DNA of 64,000 nt from Sediminibacterium sp. (GCA_041798205.1 JBHCAK010000013.1:13647-77646), one strand, 5' to 3'. Shown: positions 28,397 to 38,704, numbered from the stretch's first letter. Notes: generated from the sequence alone by a model not told the origin. Made by a program: numbers and translations.

Positions 28397-30406
28397 TCAC
28401 ACCATGGGCTCTACCCAGGCGCCGTGTTCTTTCAACAGGTTGATCAGTTCATCAACCGCCACTTCACTTTCCACATTCCGTTTTACAATCTCTTTTCCTT
28501 TGTACAGGGTAATTCTGCCAACACCGCTTCCTACATAACCGAAATCAGCGTCGGCCATTTCTCCCGGTCCGTTTACAATACATCCCATGATGGCAATTTT
28601 AACCCCTTTGAGATGGTTTGTGACCTCCCGTATCCTCGCTGTTGTTTCCTGCAAATCAAATAAAGTGCGGCCGCAACTGGGACAGGAAATATATTCTGTT
28701 TTGGATATCCTGGTACGTGTTGCCTGCAGGATAGTGAAAGCCGTAGAATTGATGAATTGTTCTACAGTGGCATTGTTCATATAATTCCTGCCGCTCGTAC
28801 TGCTTTTATTCCCGGCCAGTTGTTCATAGCCGCCTGTTGTCAGGCCAAAGCATACGCCGTCGCCAAATCCATCCAATAATAAAGCTCCTGCTTCGGTGGC
28901 AAAATGGATCAGGTGCTCATCAGTTGTATTCCAATGACTATCTACTACTAATACTACCGGGTTATTGATGTTCCTGTTCTCCAGTTCCATGAACATCCGG
29001 CGTACCGCGGGCATGGCATGACGCTGCCTGCTGCTGAGACAAAGCACTACTGACGGGTCATTGGCCAGTTCATCCAGGTAAGTAAAATCATTCACCGTAG
29101 TTTCGTCGCTGAAGCAATCGAAAAGCACAAAATTTTTCGTGTGCTTTAGTTCAGCGGCAACAAATCCGGATGCTTCATAGATGGGGAAATATTTTTCCTT
29201 ATCGGTTGCAAGCGCCCATGCAGCTGGATAAGTAATTACTTTCAAAGTGCCGGGTAAAGCGAAGTCCAGCAACTGGTTACCAGTAAATACATAATCGGCG
29301 GCCAGGTCGCTGATATTCCATTTATCCAGGTTTTCATTGTATTGATAACCGATGCTTTCCAGGTCAGCCGGTTTGATTTTGTTCAGCTTGCTCAGGTCGG
29401 CAATCACAACCGGTACCTGTTTGCTGCCTATATTTCCGACTTCAAAACTTTCCCTGCGCTGGTAAGTAAAGGGACTATATGGTATTTTTTTAATTGAAGG
29501 GATGGATGTTTCAGTTAGTCCTATCCCCTGATAACGTTTTACCAGATCTTTACATACCGGTATTTCAAATTCAGGATCTTCTGTCAGGCTGACACGGATA
29601 GTGTCTCCAATACCGTCTTCCAGCAAGGTTCCTATACCTGCAGCGCTTTTGACCCTTCCGTCTTCTCCATCTCCTGCTTCGGTAACGCCTAAGTGTAGCG
29701 GATAACATTCACCGAATTCCGCATCCATTTGTTGTATGAGCAGGCGGTAAGCCTGTACCATTACTTGCGGGTTACTGGCTTTCATGCTCAGTACAATATT
29801 GTGATAACTTTCATTTCTTGCGATCCTGAGGAATTCCATCGCACTTTCCACCATTCCCATGGGTGTGTCTCCATACCGGCTCATGATGCGATCGCTTAGT
29901 GAACCATGGTTAGTGCCAATACGCATGGCGGTTCCATATTCTCTGCAAATCTTTACAAGCGGAGTAAAACGTTCCCGGATGCGTTCAATTTCTTCTATAT
30001 ATTCTGCATCGGTATACTCCAGCAGTTCAAATTTTTTCTTATCCACATAATTGCCCGGGTTCACCCTTACTTTTTCAACAATACGGGCTGCAATTTCGGC
30101 GGCATTGGGAGTAAAATGGATATCGGCTACAAGAGGCGTGTGGTATCCTCTTTTGTGCAATTCATTTTTAATGTTAAAGAGGTTCTCTGCCTCTTTTTTG
30201 CTGGGAGCGGTAATGCGAACCAGTTCTGCACCGGCCTCAATACAACGGATGCTTTGTTCAACCGTTCCAATGGTATCCATGGTATCTGTGGTGGTCATGG
30301 TCTGCAGCCTGATAGGGTGACCATTCCCCAGCAAAAGATCCCCGATTCCCACTTCTCGGGTCTGTAAGCGTTTATATTGGGTAAGTGAATTACAGTACAA
30401 TTGCAT
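28397..30406 (-). CDS. ispG: (E)-4-hydroxy-3-methylbut-2-enyl-diphosphate synthase, long three-domain type
   Basis: LVADIHF, RVNPGN, GTNHGSL, DTIRVSLT, CPSCGR, MGCIVNGPGE; start MQLYC at 30406, downstream of the promoter. Confidence 0.95.
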   Translation of the reverse strand: MQLYCNSLTQYKRLQTREVGIGDLLLGNGHPIRLQTMTTTDTMDTIGTVEQSIRCIEAGAELVRITAPSKKEAENLFNIKNELHKRGYHTPLVADIHFTPNAAEIAARIVEKVRVNPGNYVDKKKFELLEYTDAEYIEEIERIRERFTPLVKICREYGTAMRIGTNHGSLSDRIMSRYGDTPMGMVESAMEFLRIARNESYHNIVLSMKASNPQVMVQAYRLLIQQMDAEFGECYPLHLGVTEAGDGEDGRVKSAAGIGTLLEDGIGDTIRVSLTEDPEFEIPVCKDLVKRYQGIGLTETSIPSIKKIPYSPFTYQRRESFEVGNIGSKQVPVVIADLSKLNKIKPADLESIGYQYNENLDKWNISDLAADYVFTGNQLLDFALPGTLKVITYPAAWALATDKEKYFPIYEASGFVAAELKHTKNFVLFDCFSDETTVNDFTYLDELANDPSVVLCLSSRQRHAMPAVRRMFMELENRNINNPVVLVVDSHWNTTDEHLIHFATEAGALLLDGFGDGVCFGLTTGGYEQLAGNKSSTSGRNYMNNATVEQFINSTAFTILQATRTRISKTEYISCPSCGRTLFDLQETTARIREVTNHLKGVKIAIMGCIVNGPGEMADADFGYVGSGVGRITLYKGKEIVKRNVESEVAVDELINLLKEHGAWVEPMV

Positions 30407-30424
30407 AGCACGATCGATGTGCTG

Positions 30425-30432
30425 CAAAATTA
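30425..30432 (-). promoter_or_regulatory. -7 element TAATTTTG for ispG, using the TAA stop codon of the upstream gene
   Basis: Exact TAnnTTTG match overlapping the class D beta-lactamase stop codon. Confidence 0.55.
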
Positions 30433-31266
30433 GCGTTTCCCTTCCAGGAATCCCTGTTGTTTCAGGATGGCTTTCAGTATATCAAGCCTGATAGGCGTCA
30501 TTTTGGTGTCTGCCGGTCCTTCTACGTTCATAGCAAAGAAGTAAGGATGATGATTCTCCTCAATCCATCCTATCATCCAGCCTAACGCATTGCCGTTGGA
30601 AAGGAATCCCCAGCCACTTTTATAGCTGAGCTGGTAATTGGCATTGCTTTCCTGCAACATGGCCTTTTTAACTATTTCCTGGGTACGTTTCTGAAAATGC
30701 AGCTGACCGAAATACAATTGTTTTACCAATCCCATTTGTTCATCTGCTGTAATTTTCAATGTATTGTTCAGCCAGAAAGTATCAACGGCGCCTCCAATGA
30801 GGTGGTTACCATATTTAAGACTGTCCAGCCAGTGCTGCATGGTGTCTTTACCAATCCTCCTGGCTACTTCCTGGTAATAAGGTATTGCTGAGGCCTTGAA
30901 TGCTTCCAGCATAGTCAGGTCTTTATTCCACAACTTTGCTGTATCGCCGTTGGGGTATTTGCGTATGATCCCATCCCATTTGATGACCATTTTATCATCA
31001 ACGATCTTTCCAGTTTCAAGGCCAACAAGACTATTTACGATTTTGAATGTAGAGGCAGGCAGGTAAGCTGAATCCCTGAACCTTTCAAGATTATAAATGG
31101 TGAATTGCCCTGTTCCATTATCGTAAAGACCGAATGTGCCTTTTACATGTTTTGCATCGAAATATTGTTTGAAACTGTTATTGATGGTAACATTATTCGG
31201 CGAACAGGCTGAAATAACCCATATTGAAATAACAGCGATACAAGCCGTCAGAGATCTGTTCTTCAT
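30430..31266 (-). CDS. class D (OXA-like) serine beta-lactamase family lipoprotein
   Basis: Lipobox ISAC; PASTFK, SAIPYYQ, YGN, FWL, KSGWG, GWMIGW motifs. Confidence 0.88.
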   Translation of the reverse strand: MKNRSLTACIAVISIWVISACSPNNVTINNSFKQYFDAKHVKGTFGLYDNGTGQFTIYNLERFRDSAYLPASTFKIVNSLVGLETGKIVDDKMVIKWDGIIRKYPNGDTAKLWNKDLTMLEAFKASAIPYYQEVARRIGKDTMQHWLDSLKYGNHLIGGAVDTFWLNNTLKITADEQMGLVKQLYFGQLHFQKRTQEIVKKAMLQESNANYQLSYKSGWGFLSNGNALGWMIGWIEENHHPYFFAMNVEGPADTKMTPIRLDILKAILKQQGFLEGKR

Positions 31267-31284
31267 GTGTTGATTTTATGGTCT

Positions 31285-32472
31285 TTATTTCAATACCTTC
31301 AATTCTTTACCTACTTTGGTAAACGCAGCTATTGCCTTATCGAGATGCGACTGTTCATGTGCAGCGCTTAATTGCACACGGATACGGGCAAGTCCCTTGG
31401 CTACAACAGGAAAAAAGAAACCAATGACATAAACGCCTTCATCCAATAGTTTAGCCGCAAAATTTTGTGCTACCAGTGCATCGTACAGCATGATGGGCAC
31501 AATCGGGTGATCGCCGGGTTTGATGTCGAATCCCGCCTCGGTCATTTTACTTCTGAAATATTGGGTATTGTACTCCAGTTTATCACGCAGTTCAGTGGTT
31601 TCGGTAAGCATATCAAGCACAGCAATGGAAGCGCCAACAATAGAAGGCGCCAATGTATTGGAGAACAGATAGGGCCTGCTTCGCTGGCGCAGCAGTTCAA
31701 TCACTTCTTTCTTACCCGAAGTAAAACCACCGCTGGCGCCTCCCAGTGCCTTTCCCAGTGTTCCGGTAATGATATCGATCCTTCCCATTACATTCTTGTA
31801 TTCATGTGTGCCACGGCCGGTCTTACCCAGAAAACCTGAAGAATGGCATTCGTCGATCATTACAATGGCACCATACCGGTCTGCCAGGTCACATATCTTA
31901 TCCAGCTGTGCAATAGTACCATCCATACTGAACGATCCGTCGGTTACTATGATACGGCTTCTGCAACCGGCAGTTTCTTTCAGTTTGGCCTCCAGGTCTG
32001 CCATGTTATTGTGCTCGTAACGGAACCTTTGTGCTTTACACAAACGCACACCATCGATGATGGAAGCATGGTTCAGCGCATCACTGATGATGGCATCCTC
32101 TTCATTGAACAAAGGTTCAAATACGCCGCCGTTGGCATCAAAGGCTGCCGCATACAGTATGGTATCTTCTGTTCCCAGGAATTGGGCAATCTTCTGCTCC
32201 AACTCCTTGTGAATATCCTGGGTACCACAAATAAAACGCACACTGCTCATACCGTAGCCATGCGTATCAATAGCTTCATGAGCTGCCTTGATTACTTTGG
32301 GATGGGATGATAATCCGAGGTAATTATTGGCGCAGAAGTTCAGGACTTTTTTCCCGTTCACCACTATTTCGGGACCCTGTTCGCTGGTAATAACCCTTTC
32401 TTTTTTGAATAATCCGGCTTTCTCTATTTCCTGTAATTCCTGGCCAATCCGGTTAATGAAGTTTGTATTCAT
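31285..32472 (-). CDS. kbl: glycine C-acetyltransferase (2-amino-3-ketobutyrate CoA ligase)
   Basis: NFCANNYLGL, SVRFICGT, LNHASIIDG, TLGKALGG, RIRVQLSAAH. Confidence 0.96.
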   Translation of the reverse strand: MNTNFINRIGQELQEIEKAGLFKKERVITSEQGPEIVVNGKKVLNFCANNYLGLSSHPKVIKAAHEAIDTHGYGMSSVRFICGTQDIHKELEQKIAQFLGTEDTILYAAAFDANGGVFEPLFNEEDAIISDALNHASIIDGVRLCKAQRFRYEHNNMADLEAKLKETAGCRSRIIVTDGSFSMDGTIAQLDKICDLADRYGAIVMIDECHSSGFLGKTGRGTHEYKNVMGRIDIITGTLGKALGGASGGFTSGKKEVIELLRQRSRPYLFSNTLAPSIVGASIAVLDMLTETTELRDKLEYNTQYFRSKMTEAGFDIKPGDHPIVPIMLYDALVAQNFAAKLLDEGVYVIGFFFPVVAKGLARIRVQLSAAHEQSHLDKAIAAFTKVGKELKVLK

Positions 32473-32527
32473 GGTCGAGATATTTCGACCGCGAAGATAT
32501 TTTATTTACACAACAAAACGATGATCC

Positions 32528-33250
32528 TTACTTCTCAATGCCCAGTAATTCAACTTCGAAAATGAGTGTAGATCCGGGGGGTATGGTTCCGGCAGCGTTG
32601 TCGCCATAAGCAAGATCAGCCGGTATATACAGTTTCCATTTACTGCCAATCGTCATCAGTTGCAACGCTTCCTGCCATCCTCTGATCACCCTGTTCAGCG
32701 AAAAACTCGCAGGCTCTCCCCTGTCAACAGAGCTGTCGAACACTTTCCCATCTATGAGGGTACCATGGTAATGGCATTTTACCTTATCCTTCAGCGTTGG
32801 CCTGGTAGTGTCTTTCCCGGCCCTCATTATTTCATATTGCAACCCGTTCGGCAATGTTGTTACACCTGTTCTTTTACCATTAGCTGCCAGAAAAGCCCTT
32901 CCTGCCTGTTTTACAACAATCGCTTTTTCGGCAGCAGCTTTTTGCTGGTATTTTCCAATACACTCATCCAGCGCTGTTTCTTCGATCAGTAATTTCTTAT
33001 GCTGCAGTACATCGGCCATAGCTTTCTGTACTAGTGATAAGTTGAGTTTGTCAAACCCGGAATTCTTCAGGTTTTGTGCAATACGAACACCCAATGCATA
33101 ACTGGCGCTGTCTGTATTACTTTTAAAAGGATTCGCAATTGCAGTCGGTTTCGTTTTTGTTGTTTTTACAGGCGTTTGTGGTTTTTTCGTCTGTGCAAAA
33201 ATATTTCCGATACATAACATGCAGCCGGCAATAAGAATCGTTTTTTTCAT
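32528..33250 (-). CDS. FKBP-type peptidyl-prolyl isomerase (FkpA-like)
   Basis: Signal peptide; SYALG, GLQYE, HYHGTL, FDSS, VIRGW, LIFEVELL. Confidence 0.93.
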   Translation of the reverse strand: MKKTILIAGCMLCIGNIFAQTKKPQTPVKTTKTKPTAIANPFKSNTDSASYALGVRIAQNLKNSGFDKLNLSLVQKAMADVLQHKKLLIEETALDECIGKYQQKAAAEKAIVVKQAGRAFLAANGKRTGVTTLPNGLQYEIMRAGKDTTRPTLKDKVKCHYHGTLIDGKVFDSSVDRGEPASFSLNRVIRGWQEALQLMTIGSKWKLYIPADLAYGDNAAGTIPPGSTLIFEVELLGIEK

Positions 33251-33312
33251 TGGTGTGGTTTGAAGGTCCCAAAACAACAATATTTATTTGATTGCACCAA
33301 GAATAAGCCTGG

Positions 33313-34647
33313 TTATCCGTTTACTAATGCATTCATGGCCTTGTGTATTTTCTCAAAATCGAACCCGGCAATCGCTTCCTGCATCATACCTGTAATCTGT
33401 TCGTTACAAAGGTTACCAATACTGCCTTCATGTACGTGGTTCACAGTAGTTGCATGGGTGAATTTGCCTTCTTCTATTGTCATTCCTACCTGCTTGTATG
33501 CGTCACGAAAAGGGGTCCCTTGTAATACCAGCTTGTTCACTTCTTCTACACTGAAAGCATATTTGTATTTTTCATCTGCCAGTATCTGTTCTCGTACGCT
33601 GATATTTTCCAGCATCATTGCAGCCATCTTTACACAATCTTTCAGCGTTTGAAATGCCGGGAACAGGTGCTCCTTGAGCAATTGCAGGTCCCTATGGTAT
33701 CCCGAAGGGAGGTTGGTGGTCATGAGCATGATCTCATTGGGCAACGCTTTGATGCGATTGCAATGCGAACGGATCAGTTCGAATACATCGGGATTCTTTT
33801 TATGAGGCATGATGCTCGACCCCGTGGTGAGCTCTGCCGGAAAACTAATGAAATCAAAATTCTGGTTCAGGTACAAACAAGCATCCATGCTCAGCCTGGA
33901 TAGCGTATCAGCCAGGTTGGCCAGCGCCATTGCCGTGATACGCTCTGCTTTGCCTCGCCCCATTTGGGCATATACCACATTATAATTCAAGTCGGAAAAT
34001 CCAAGGAGTTGGGTAGTCAGTGTTCTGTTGATAGGGAAAGAAGAACCATAACCAGCAGCCGACCCCAACGGATTTTTATTCACTACTTTGAACGCTGCCT
34101 GCAATGTAATCATATCATCTGCCAGGCTCTCTGCATATGCGCCGAACCAAAGTCCGAAAGAAGATGGCATGGCCAGTTGCAGGTGGGTATAACCAGGTAA
34201 AAGATATTGTTTGTATTTCTCGCTTTGTCTGATCAGCAATTGGAAAAAAGACTCCACAACTTCTACCAATGCTTCTATTTCGTAACGCAGGTAAAGTTTT
34301 ACATCTACCAGAACCTGGTCATTACGACTTCTCGCACTGTGTATTTTTTTTCCTGCATCGCCTAATTTGCGGGTAAGCAATAATTCTACTTGCGAATGCA
34401 CGTCTTCAACGCCCGGCTCAATTACAAATGACCCATCCTTACAAAGGGCATAAATATGTTTCAACTCCTCAATAATGGAATCGGCTTCTGCCTGCGTGAG
34501 CAAACCAACTGTTGCAAGCATTCTAGCATGGGCTATTGAGCCCAGTGCATCGAAAGGAGCCAATAACTGATCGAACTCCGGGTCTTTTCCCACGGTAAAT
34601 TCCTCTACTGCATCCGATACATTTGTGTTTTTTTGCCACAGTTTCAT
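33313..34647 (-). CDS. argH: argininosuccinate lyase
   Basis: RSRNDQV, PGYTHLQ, TGSSIMPHKKNPD. Confidence 0.97.
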   Translation of the reverse strand: MKLWQKNTNVSDAVEEFTVGKDPEFDQLLAPFDALGSIAHARMLATVGLLTQAEADSIIEELKHIYALCKDGSFVIEPGVEDVHSQVELLLTRKLGDAGKKIHSARSRNDQVLVDVKLYLRYEIEALVEVVESFFQLLIRQSEKYKQYLLPGYTHLQLAMPSSFGLWFGAYAESLADDMITLQAAFKVVNKNPLGSAAGYGSSFPINRTLTTQLLGFSDLNYNVVYAQMGRGKAERITAMALANLADTLSRLSMDACLYLNQNFDFISFPAELTTGSSIMPHKKNPDVFELIRSHCNRIKALPNEIMLMTTNLPSGYHRDLQLLKEHLFPAFQTLKDCVKMAAMMLENISVREQILADEKYKYAFSVEEVNKLVLQGTPFRDAYKQVGMTIEEGKFTHATTVNHVHEGSIGNLCNEQITGMMQEAIAGFDFEKIHKAMNALVNG

Positions 34648-34665
34648 TTGTTTCGTTTTATCGTT

Positions 34666-35739
34666 TTATAAAACCTGGTCAAGCAGCCTGGTGTATAATG
34701 CAATTCCTTCTTCAATTTCTGAGAGATAAATAAATTCATCTGCCGTATGGCTTCTGGCAGAATCCCCTGGTCCCATTTTCAACGTGGTAAAAGGCATCAG
34801 CGCCTTATCGGAAGTCGTGGGTGATCCATAATAGGTTCGCCCAAGCCTGGTTCCAGCCTGTACCAGCGGATGATCCAGACCAATAGAAGTGGAACGCATA
34901 CGCAAACTCCTGGGTTGTATATCGCTGCGAACATTGGTTTTGATGATTGACAGCACTTCTTCAAATGTATAACATTCATTCACCCTGACATCCACTACAA
35001 AATGACAGGAAGATGGTACTACATTATGTGCCTTGTTTTCCGTTTCTATCACAGTAACCGTCATTTTAACCGGCCCCAGCAAAGGAGATGTTTTATCGAA
35101 CCGGTAACGACGGAACCATTCTATATCGGGTAATGCTTTGTACAAAGCGTTGTCTCCCTCTTCCCTTGCTGCATGCCCTGCTTTACCCGCAGCTATTACA
35201 TCCAATACCAATAGGCCCCTTTCCGCAACAGCCATCTCCATTTGTGTTGGTTCGCCAACAATGCCAAATGCTATCGGAGGCAATTCCGGAACAAGTATTT
35301 CAATACCGTTCCTGCCCGATATTTCTTCTTCTGCGGTAGCAGCCAGTACAATATTATAGTTAAGGTCTGCCCTTTCATAATAGTGTAGAAAAACGGCTAT
35401 CAACGATACCAGCGAACCGCCAGCGTCGTTACTGCCCAATCCAAATAATTTCCCTTTTTTTACCAATGGTTGAAAGGGATCTAATGTATATGCTTTGTTA
35501 GGTTTTACCGTATCGTGATGGGAGTTAAGCAGCACCGATGGTTTGGCAGGATCGAAATGCTTATTCCTTGCCCATACATTGTTGAGATGTCGCTTTACCG
35601 GCACCTGCCTGGATTGCAGGAATTGTTCCAGCAATGCGGCTGTTCCGTCTTCTTCTTTGCTGAATGAAGGAATGGTTATCAGTTGCTGTAATAACCCAAT
35701 AGCATCCTGTACTAATATGGAAGATTCCTGGCTGCTCAT
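34666..35739 (-). CDS. argE: M20 metallohydrolase, ArgE-type N-acyl-citrulline/ornithine deacylase
   Basis: NSHHDTV, GSNDAGG, EEE, GEPT, SHTADE; arg operon context. Confidence 0.85.
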   Translation of the reverse strand: MSSQESSILVQDAIGLLQQLITIPSFSKEEDGTAALLEQFLQSRQVPVKRHLNNVWARNKHFDPAKPSVLLNSHHDTVKPNKAYTLDPFQPLVKKGKLFGLGSNDAGGSLVSLIAVFLHYYERADLNYNIVLAATAEEEISGRNGIEILVPELPPIAFGIVGEPTQMEMAVAERGLLVLDVIAAGKAGHAAREEGDNALYKALPDIEWFRRYRFDKTSPLLGPVKMTVTVIETENKAHNVVPSSCHFVVDVRVNECYTFEEVLSIIKTNVRSDIQPRSLRMRSTSIGLDHPLVQAGTRLGRTYYGSPTTSDKALMPFTTLKMGPGDSARSHTADEFIYLSEIEEGIALYTRLLDQVL

Positions 35740-35742
35740 AGA

Positions 35743-36528
35743 CTAATCTATTTGAATAGTAGTGCCTGCCTGTCCGGTCACCAATTGTTGCAATTGTTCT
35801 GCTTTCCCAATAATGACTTTATGTACCCCGCTTCGTAAGGCTGTAAAAGCATTATCCAGCTTGGGTATCATTCCTGCAAAGATCAGTTCTTTTGTTTTCA
35901 GCTCGGTATAATAATCCGGGTTGATTTTTCCGATGACCGTGCTGTCATCTTTGGCATCCAGCAACACTCCGCTTTTCTCAAACGAATAGATCAATTCAAC
36001 CCGGTACAGGCTGCTCATTGACCTGGCTATTTCCTGCGCAATGGTGTCTGCATTGGTATTCAGCAATTGTCCCTCTTTATCATACGTAATAGGAGCCAGC
36101 ACAATAGTCATATTCTGCTGTAAAAGTGCATGCAGCAATGATATATTCACCTGGTCCACATCTCCTACAAAACCATAGTCGACGCTTGCGTGCTTCCTTT
36201 TGTGGGCCAGGATAGCGTTGCCATCGGCGCCACATAACCCTATTGCATTACAGTTGTTCATTTGCAGCCCGGCCACGATGTTCTTATTGATATAGCCGGC
36301 ATATACCATGGTTACTATTTTCAGGGTTTCTGCATCGGTAATCCTTCTCCCTTCTATCATTTGCTGTTCAATACCCAGGGTAGCCGCCAGTTTTGTGGCC
36401 AGTTTTCCACCCCCGTGTACCAGTATCTTATGCCCTTTCAGTGAAGCGAATGATTGATTGAATGAAGCCAGTTTATCTTCATCGTCTATGATATTACCGC
36501 CAATCTTGATCACATATAAGCTGTTCAT
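35743..36528 (-). CDS. argB: N-acylglutamate kinase
   Basis: VIKIGG, VHGGG, NTNADT, GMIPKL. Confidence 0.95.
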   Translation of the reverse strand: MNSLYVIKIGGNIIDDEDKLASFNQSFASLKGHKILVHGGGKLATKLAATLGIEQQMIEGRRITDAETLKIVTMVYAGYINKNIVAGLQMNNCNAIGLCGADGNAILAHKRKHASVDYGFVGDVDQVNISLLHALLQQNMTIVLAPITYDKEGQLLNTNADTIAQEIARSMSSLYRVELIYSFEKSGVLLDAKDDSTVIGKINPDYYTELKTKELIFAGMIPKLDNAFTALRSGVHKVIIGKAEQLQQLVTGQAGTTIQID

Positions 36529-36539
36529 GCCAGTAAATT

Positions 36540-37505
36540 TTATTTTCCGGTTTTAAGCAGTTCAGATAATACCGACTGAGCAGCCCATACCCTGTTGCCG
36601 GCTTGTTGTGTAACCAAACTGTGCTGGCTATCCAGTATTTCATCACTCAACTCAACATTTCTTCTCACAGGCAAGCAATGCATCACTTTCGCATTATTGC
36701 TTTTCTGTAGTTTTTCTTCGGTGAGCATCCAGGCCGGATCGTTTTCGTAAACCTTTCCGTAATCTGTATAAGTGCTCCAGTTTTTCACGTACACATAATC
36801 TGCATCTTTCAACGCTTCATCCTGGTGATGAGTAATAGTTGCACCTTTGGTAAACTGTTCTGCCAGTTCATAATCATGGGGATGAGTGATCACAAAATCT
36901 GCTTCACCCCATGCGTTCACCCACTGGGCAAAACTGTTGGCCACACATTGCGGCAAAGGCTTGACATGTGGCGCCCACGTAAGTACAATCTTTGGTTTGC
37001 GCTTTGTATCAAGTGAACGGCAATGCTCCCGGATGGTAATGATATCAGTCAGCGACTGTAATGGATGCAGTGTAGCGCTTTCCAGGCTTACCACCGGCAC
37101 CCCGGCATATTTGATGAACTGATTGATGAACATTTCACTGTAATCATCTTCCCTGTTCTTAAGAGACGGGAAAGTGCGTATGCAAAGAATATCAAAATAC
37201 TGCCCCAGTATCGGCGCAGCATCTTTTACGTGCTCTACCGTATTACCACTCATGATGGCTCCTTCTTCAAATTCCAGCGCCCATCCCTCCTTGTCCACAT
37301 TGAATACAATGGCTTCCATACCTAAGTTATGTGCTGCCACCTGTGTACTCAGTCTGGTACGAAGACTTGGATTCAGGAACAATAAACCAATCCGTTTATC
37401 TGCACCAAGATTTCTGTCCATAAAGGGGTTGGCTTTGTATACCAATGCCTTTTCAACCAGTGCATTGATATTGGGAACATCATAGACGGAGATAAACTGT
37501 TTCAT
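36540..37505 (-). CDS. argF: N-acyl-ornithine carbamoyltransferase (ArgF'), N-succinyl type predicted
   Basis: NPSLRTR, GWALEF, GNTVEH, HPLQ, TWAPH, HCLPVRRN. Confidence 0.92.
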   Translation of the reverse strand: MKQFISVYDVPNINALVEKALVYKANPFMDRNLGADKRIGLLFLNPSLRTRLSTQVAAHNLGMEAIVFNVDKEGWALEFEEGAIMSGNTVEHVKDAAPILGQYFDILCIRTFPSLKNREDDYSEMFINQFIKYAGVPVVSLESATLHPLQSLTDIITIREHCRSLDTKRKPKIVLTWAPHVKPLPQCVANSFAQWVNAWGEADFVITHPHDYELAEQFTKGATITHHQDEALKDADYVYVKNWSTYTDYGKVYENDPAWMLTEEKLQKSNNAKVMHCLPVRRNVELSDEILDSQHSLVTQQAGNRVWAAQSVLSELLKTGK

Positions 37506-37531
37506 TGCTTATTATGTTATACTGAATACTA

Positions 37532-38692
37532 TTATGCGTTTTCTGTTGCGTGTGTTGTTATTTCTGCAATGGCTTCCTTCAATACTTCCAGGAATTCATC
37601 TACCTGTTTACGGGTAATGGCCAGGGAAGGCAACAGGCGGATCACATTGGGTTTGGCTTCACCGGTGAAAACATTATGATCAAATAACAATTTTTTCTTC
37701 AGGTCTTTCAACGACTCAGGTACATCAAAGCCAATCATCAGGCCGCGACCCCGCACATTTTGCAGGCCATCAATCGCTTTAAGCCTGTTTAGAAGATATT
37801 GTCCTCTTTGTTTGGCCACTTCAATCAACTGCTCTTTCTCTATCACTTCCAGCACCGCCAATGCTGCTGCGCAGGCCAGTTGGTTCCCTCCAAAAGTAGT
37901 GCCCAGCATCCCGTGCTTGGATTTTATATGGGGCGCAATGAGTATGCCACCGATTGGGAATCCATTACCCATACCTTTCGCCATGGAATAAATATCTGCT
38001 TTCACACCGGCATAATCGTGGGAAAAGAACATTCCGCTTCTGCCATAACCGCATTGCACACTATCGGCTATATATACTGCACCATATTCGTCGCATAATT
38101 GCCTGATGAGTTGTAAAAAAGATTCACTGGCAATATTGATGCCGCCAACGCCCTGTATACCTTCAATGATCACCGCGGTAATCTCTTTTCCTTCTTTTGC
38201 AAAACAATCCCGCAAAGCCTGCTCATCATTGAAAGGAAGGAAAATAACATTGTTTGTTTCATTCACCGGGGCCACAATCGACTTATTATCGGTAGCAGCA
38301 ACAGCCAGTGATGTTCTGCCATGGAATGATTTATTGAAGGCAATCACTTTCTTCCGGCCGGTATGAAAGGACGCGAGTTTAAGTGCATTCTCATTTGCTT
38401 CTGCGCCGCTGTTACAAAGGAACAACTGGTAATCCTGCTTACCACTTACTTCACCCAGTTTCTGAGCCAGCTCCTGTTGAATGGGGATATGAATAGAATT
38501 GGAATAAAAAGCAATCTTCTCCAATTGTTCTTCTACCCGGCGAACCCAATGGGGATGCGTGTGTCCGATACTGATAACAGCATGACCGCCGTACATGTCC
38601 AAATACTGTACTCCGTTTTCATCCCATACATAAGAGCCCAGTGCTTTTGTAATGGTGATGTCGTTGATTGGGTAAACGTCGAATAATTTCAT
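37532..38692 (-). CDS. argD: N-acylornithine aminotransferase
   Basis: CNSGAEANE, FHGRT, EGIQG, DSVQCG, MAKGMG. Confidence 0.93.
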   Translation of the reverse strand: MKLFDVYPINDITITKALGSYVWDENGVQYLDMYGGHAVISIGHTHPHWVRRVEEQLEKIAFYSNSIHIPIQQELAQKLGEVSGKQDYQLFLCNSGAEANENALKLASFHTGRKKVIAFNKSFHGRTSLAVAATDNKSIVAPVNETNNVIFLPFNDEQALRDCFAKEGKEITAVIIEGIQGVGGINIASESFLQLIRQLCDEYGAVYIADSVQCGYGRSGMFFSHDYAGVKADIYSMAKGMGNGFPIGGILIAPHIKSKHGMLGTTFGGNQLACAAALAVLEVIEKEQLIEVAKQRGQYLLNRLKAIDGLQNVRGRGLMIGFDVPESLKDLKKKLLFDHNVFTGEAKPNVIRLLPSLAITRKQVDEFLEVLKEAIAEITTHATENA

Positions 38693-38704
38693 GGTCTTTC
38701 CTTA

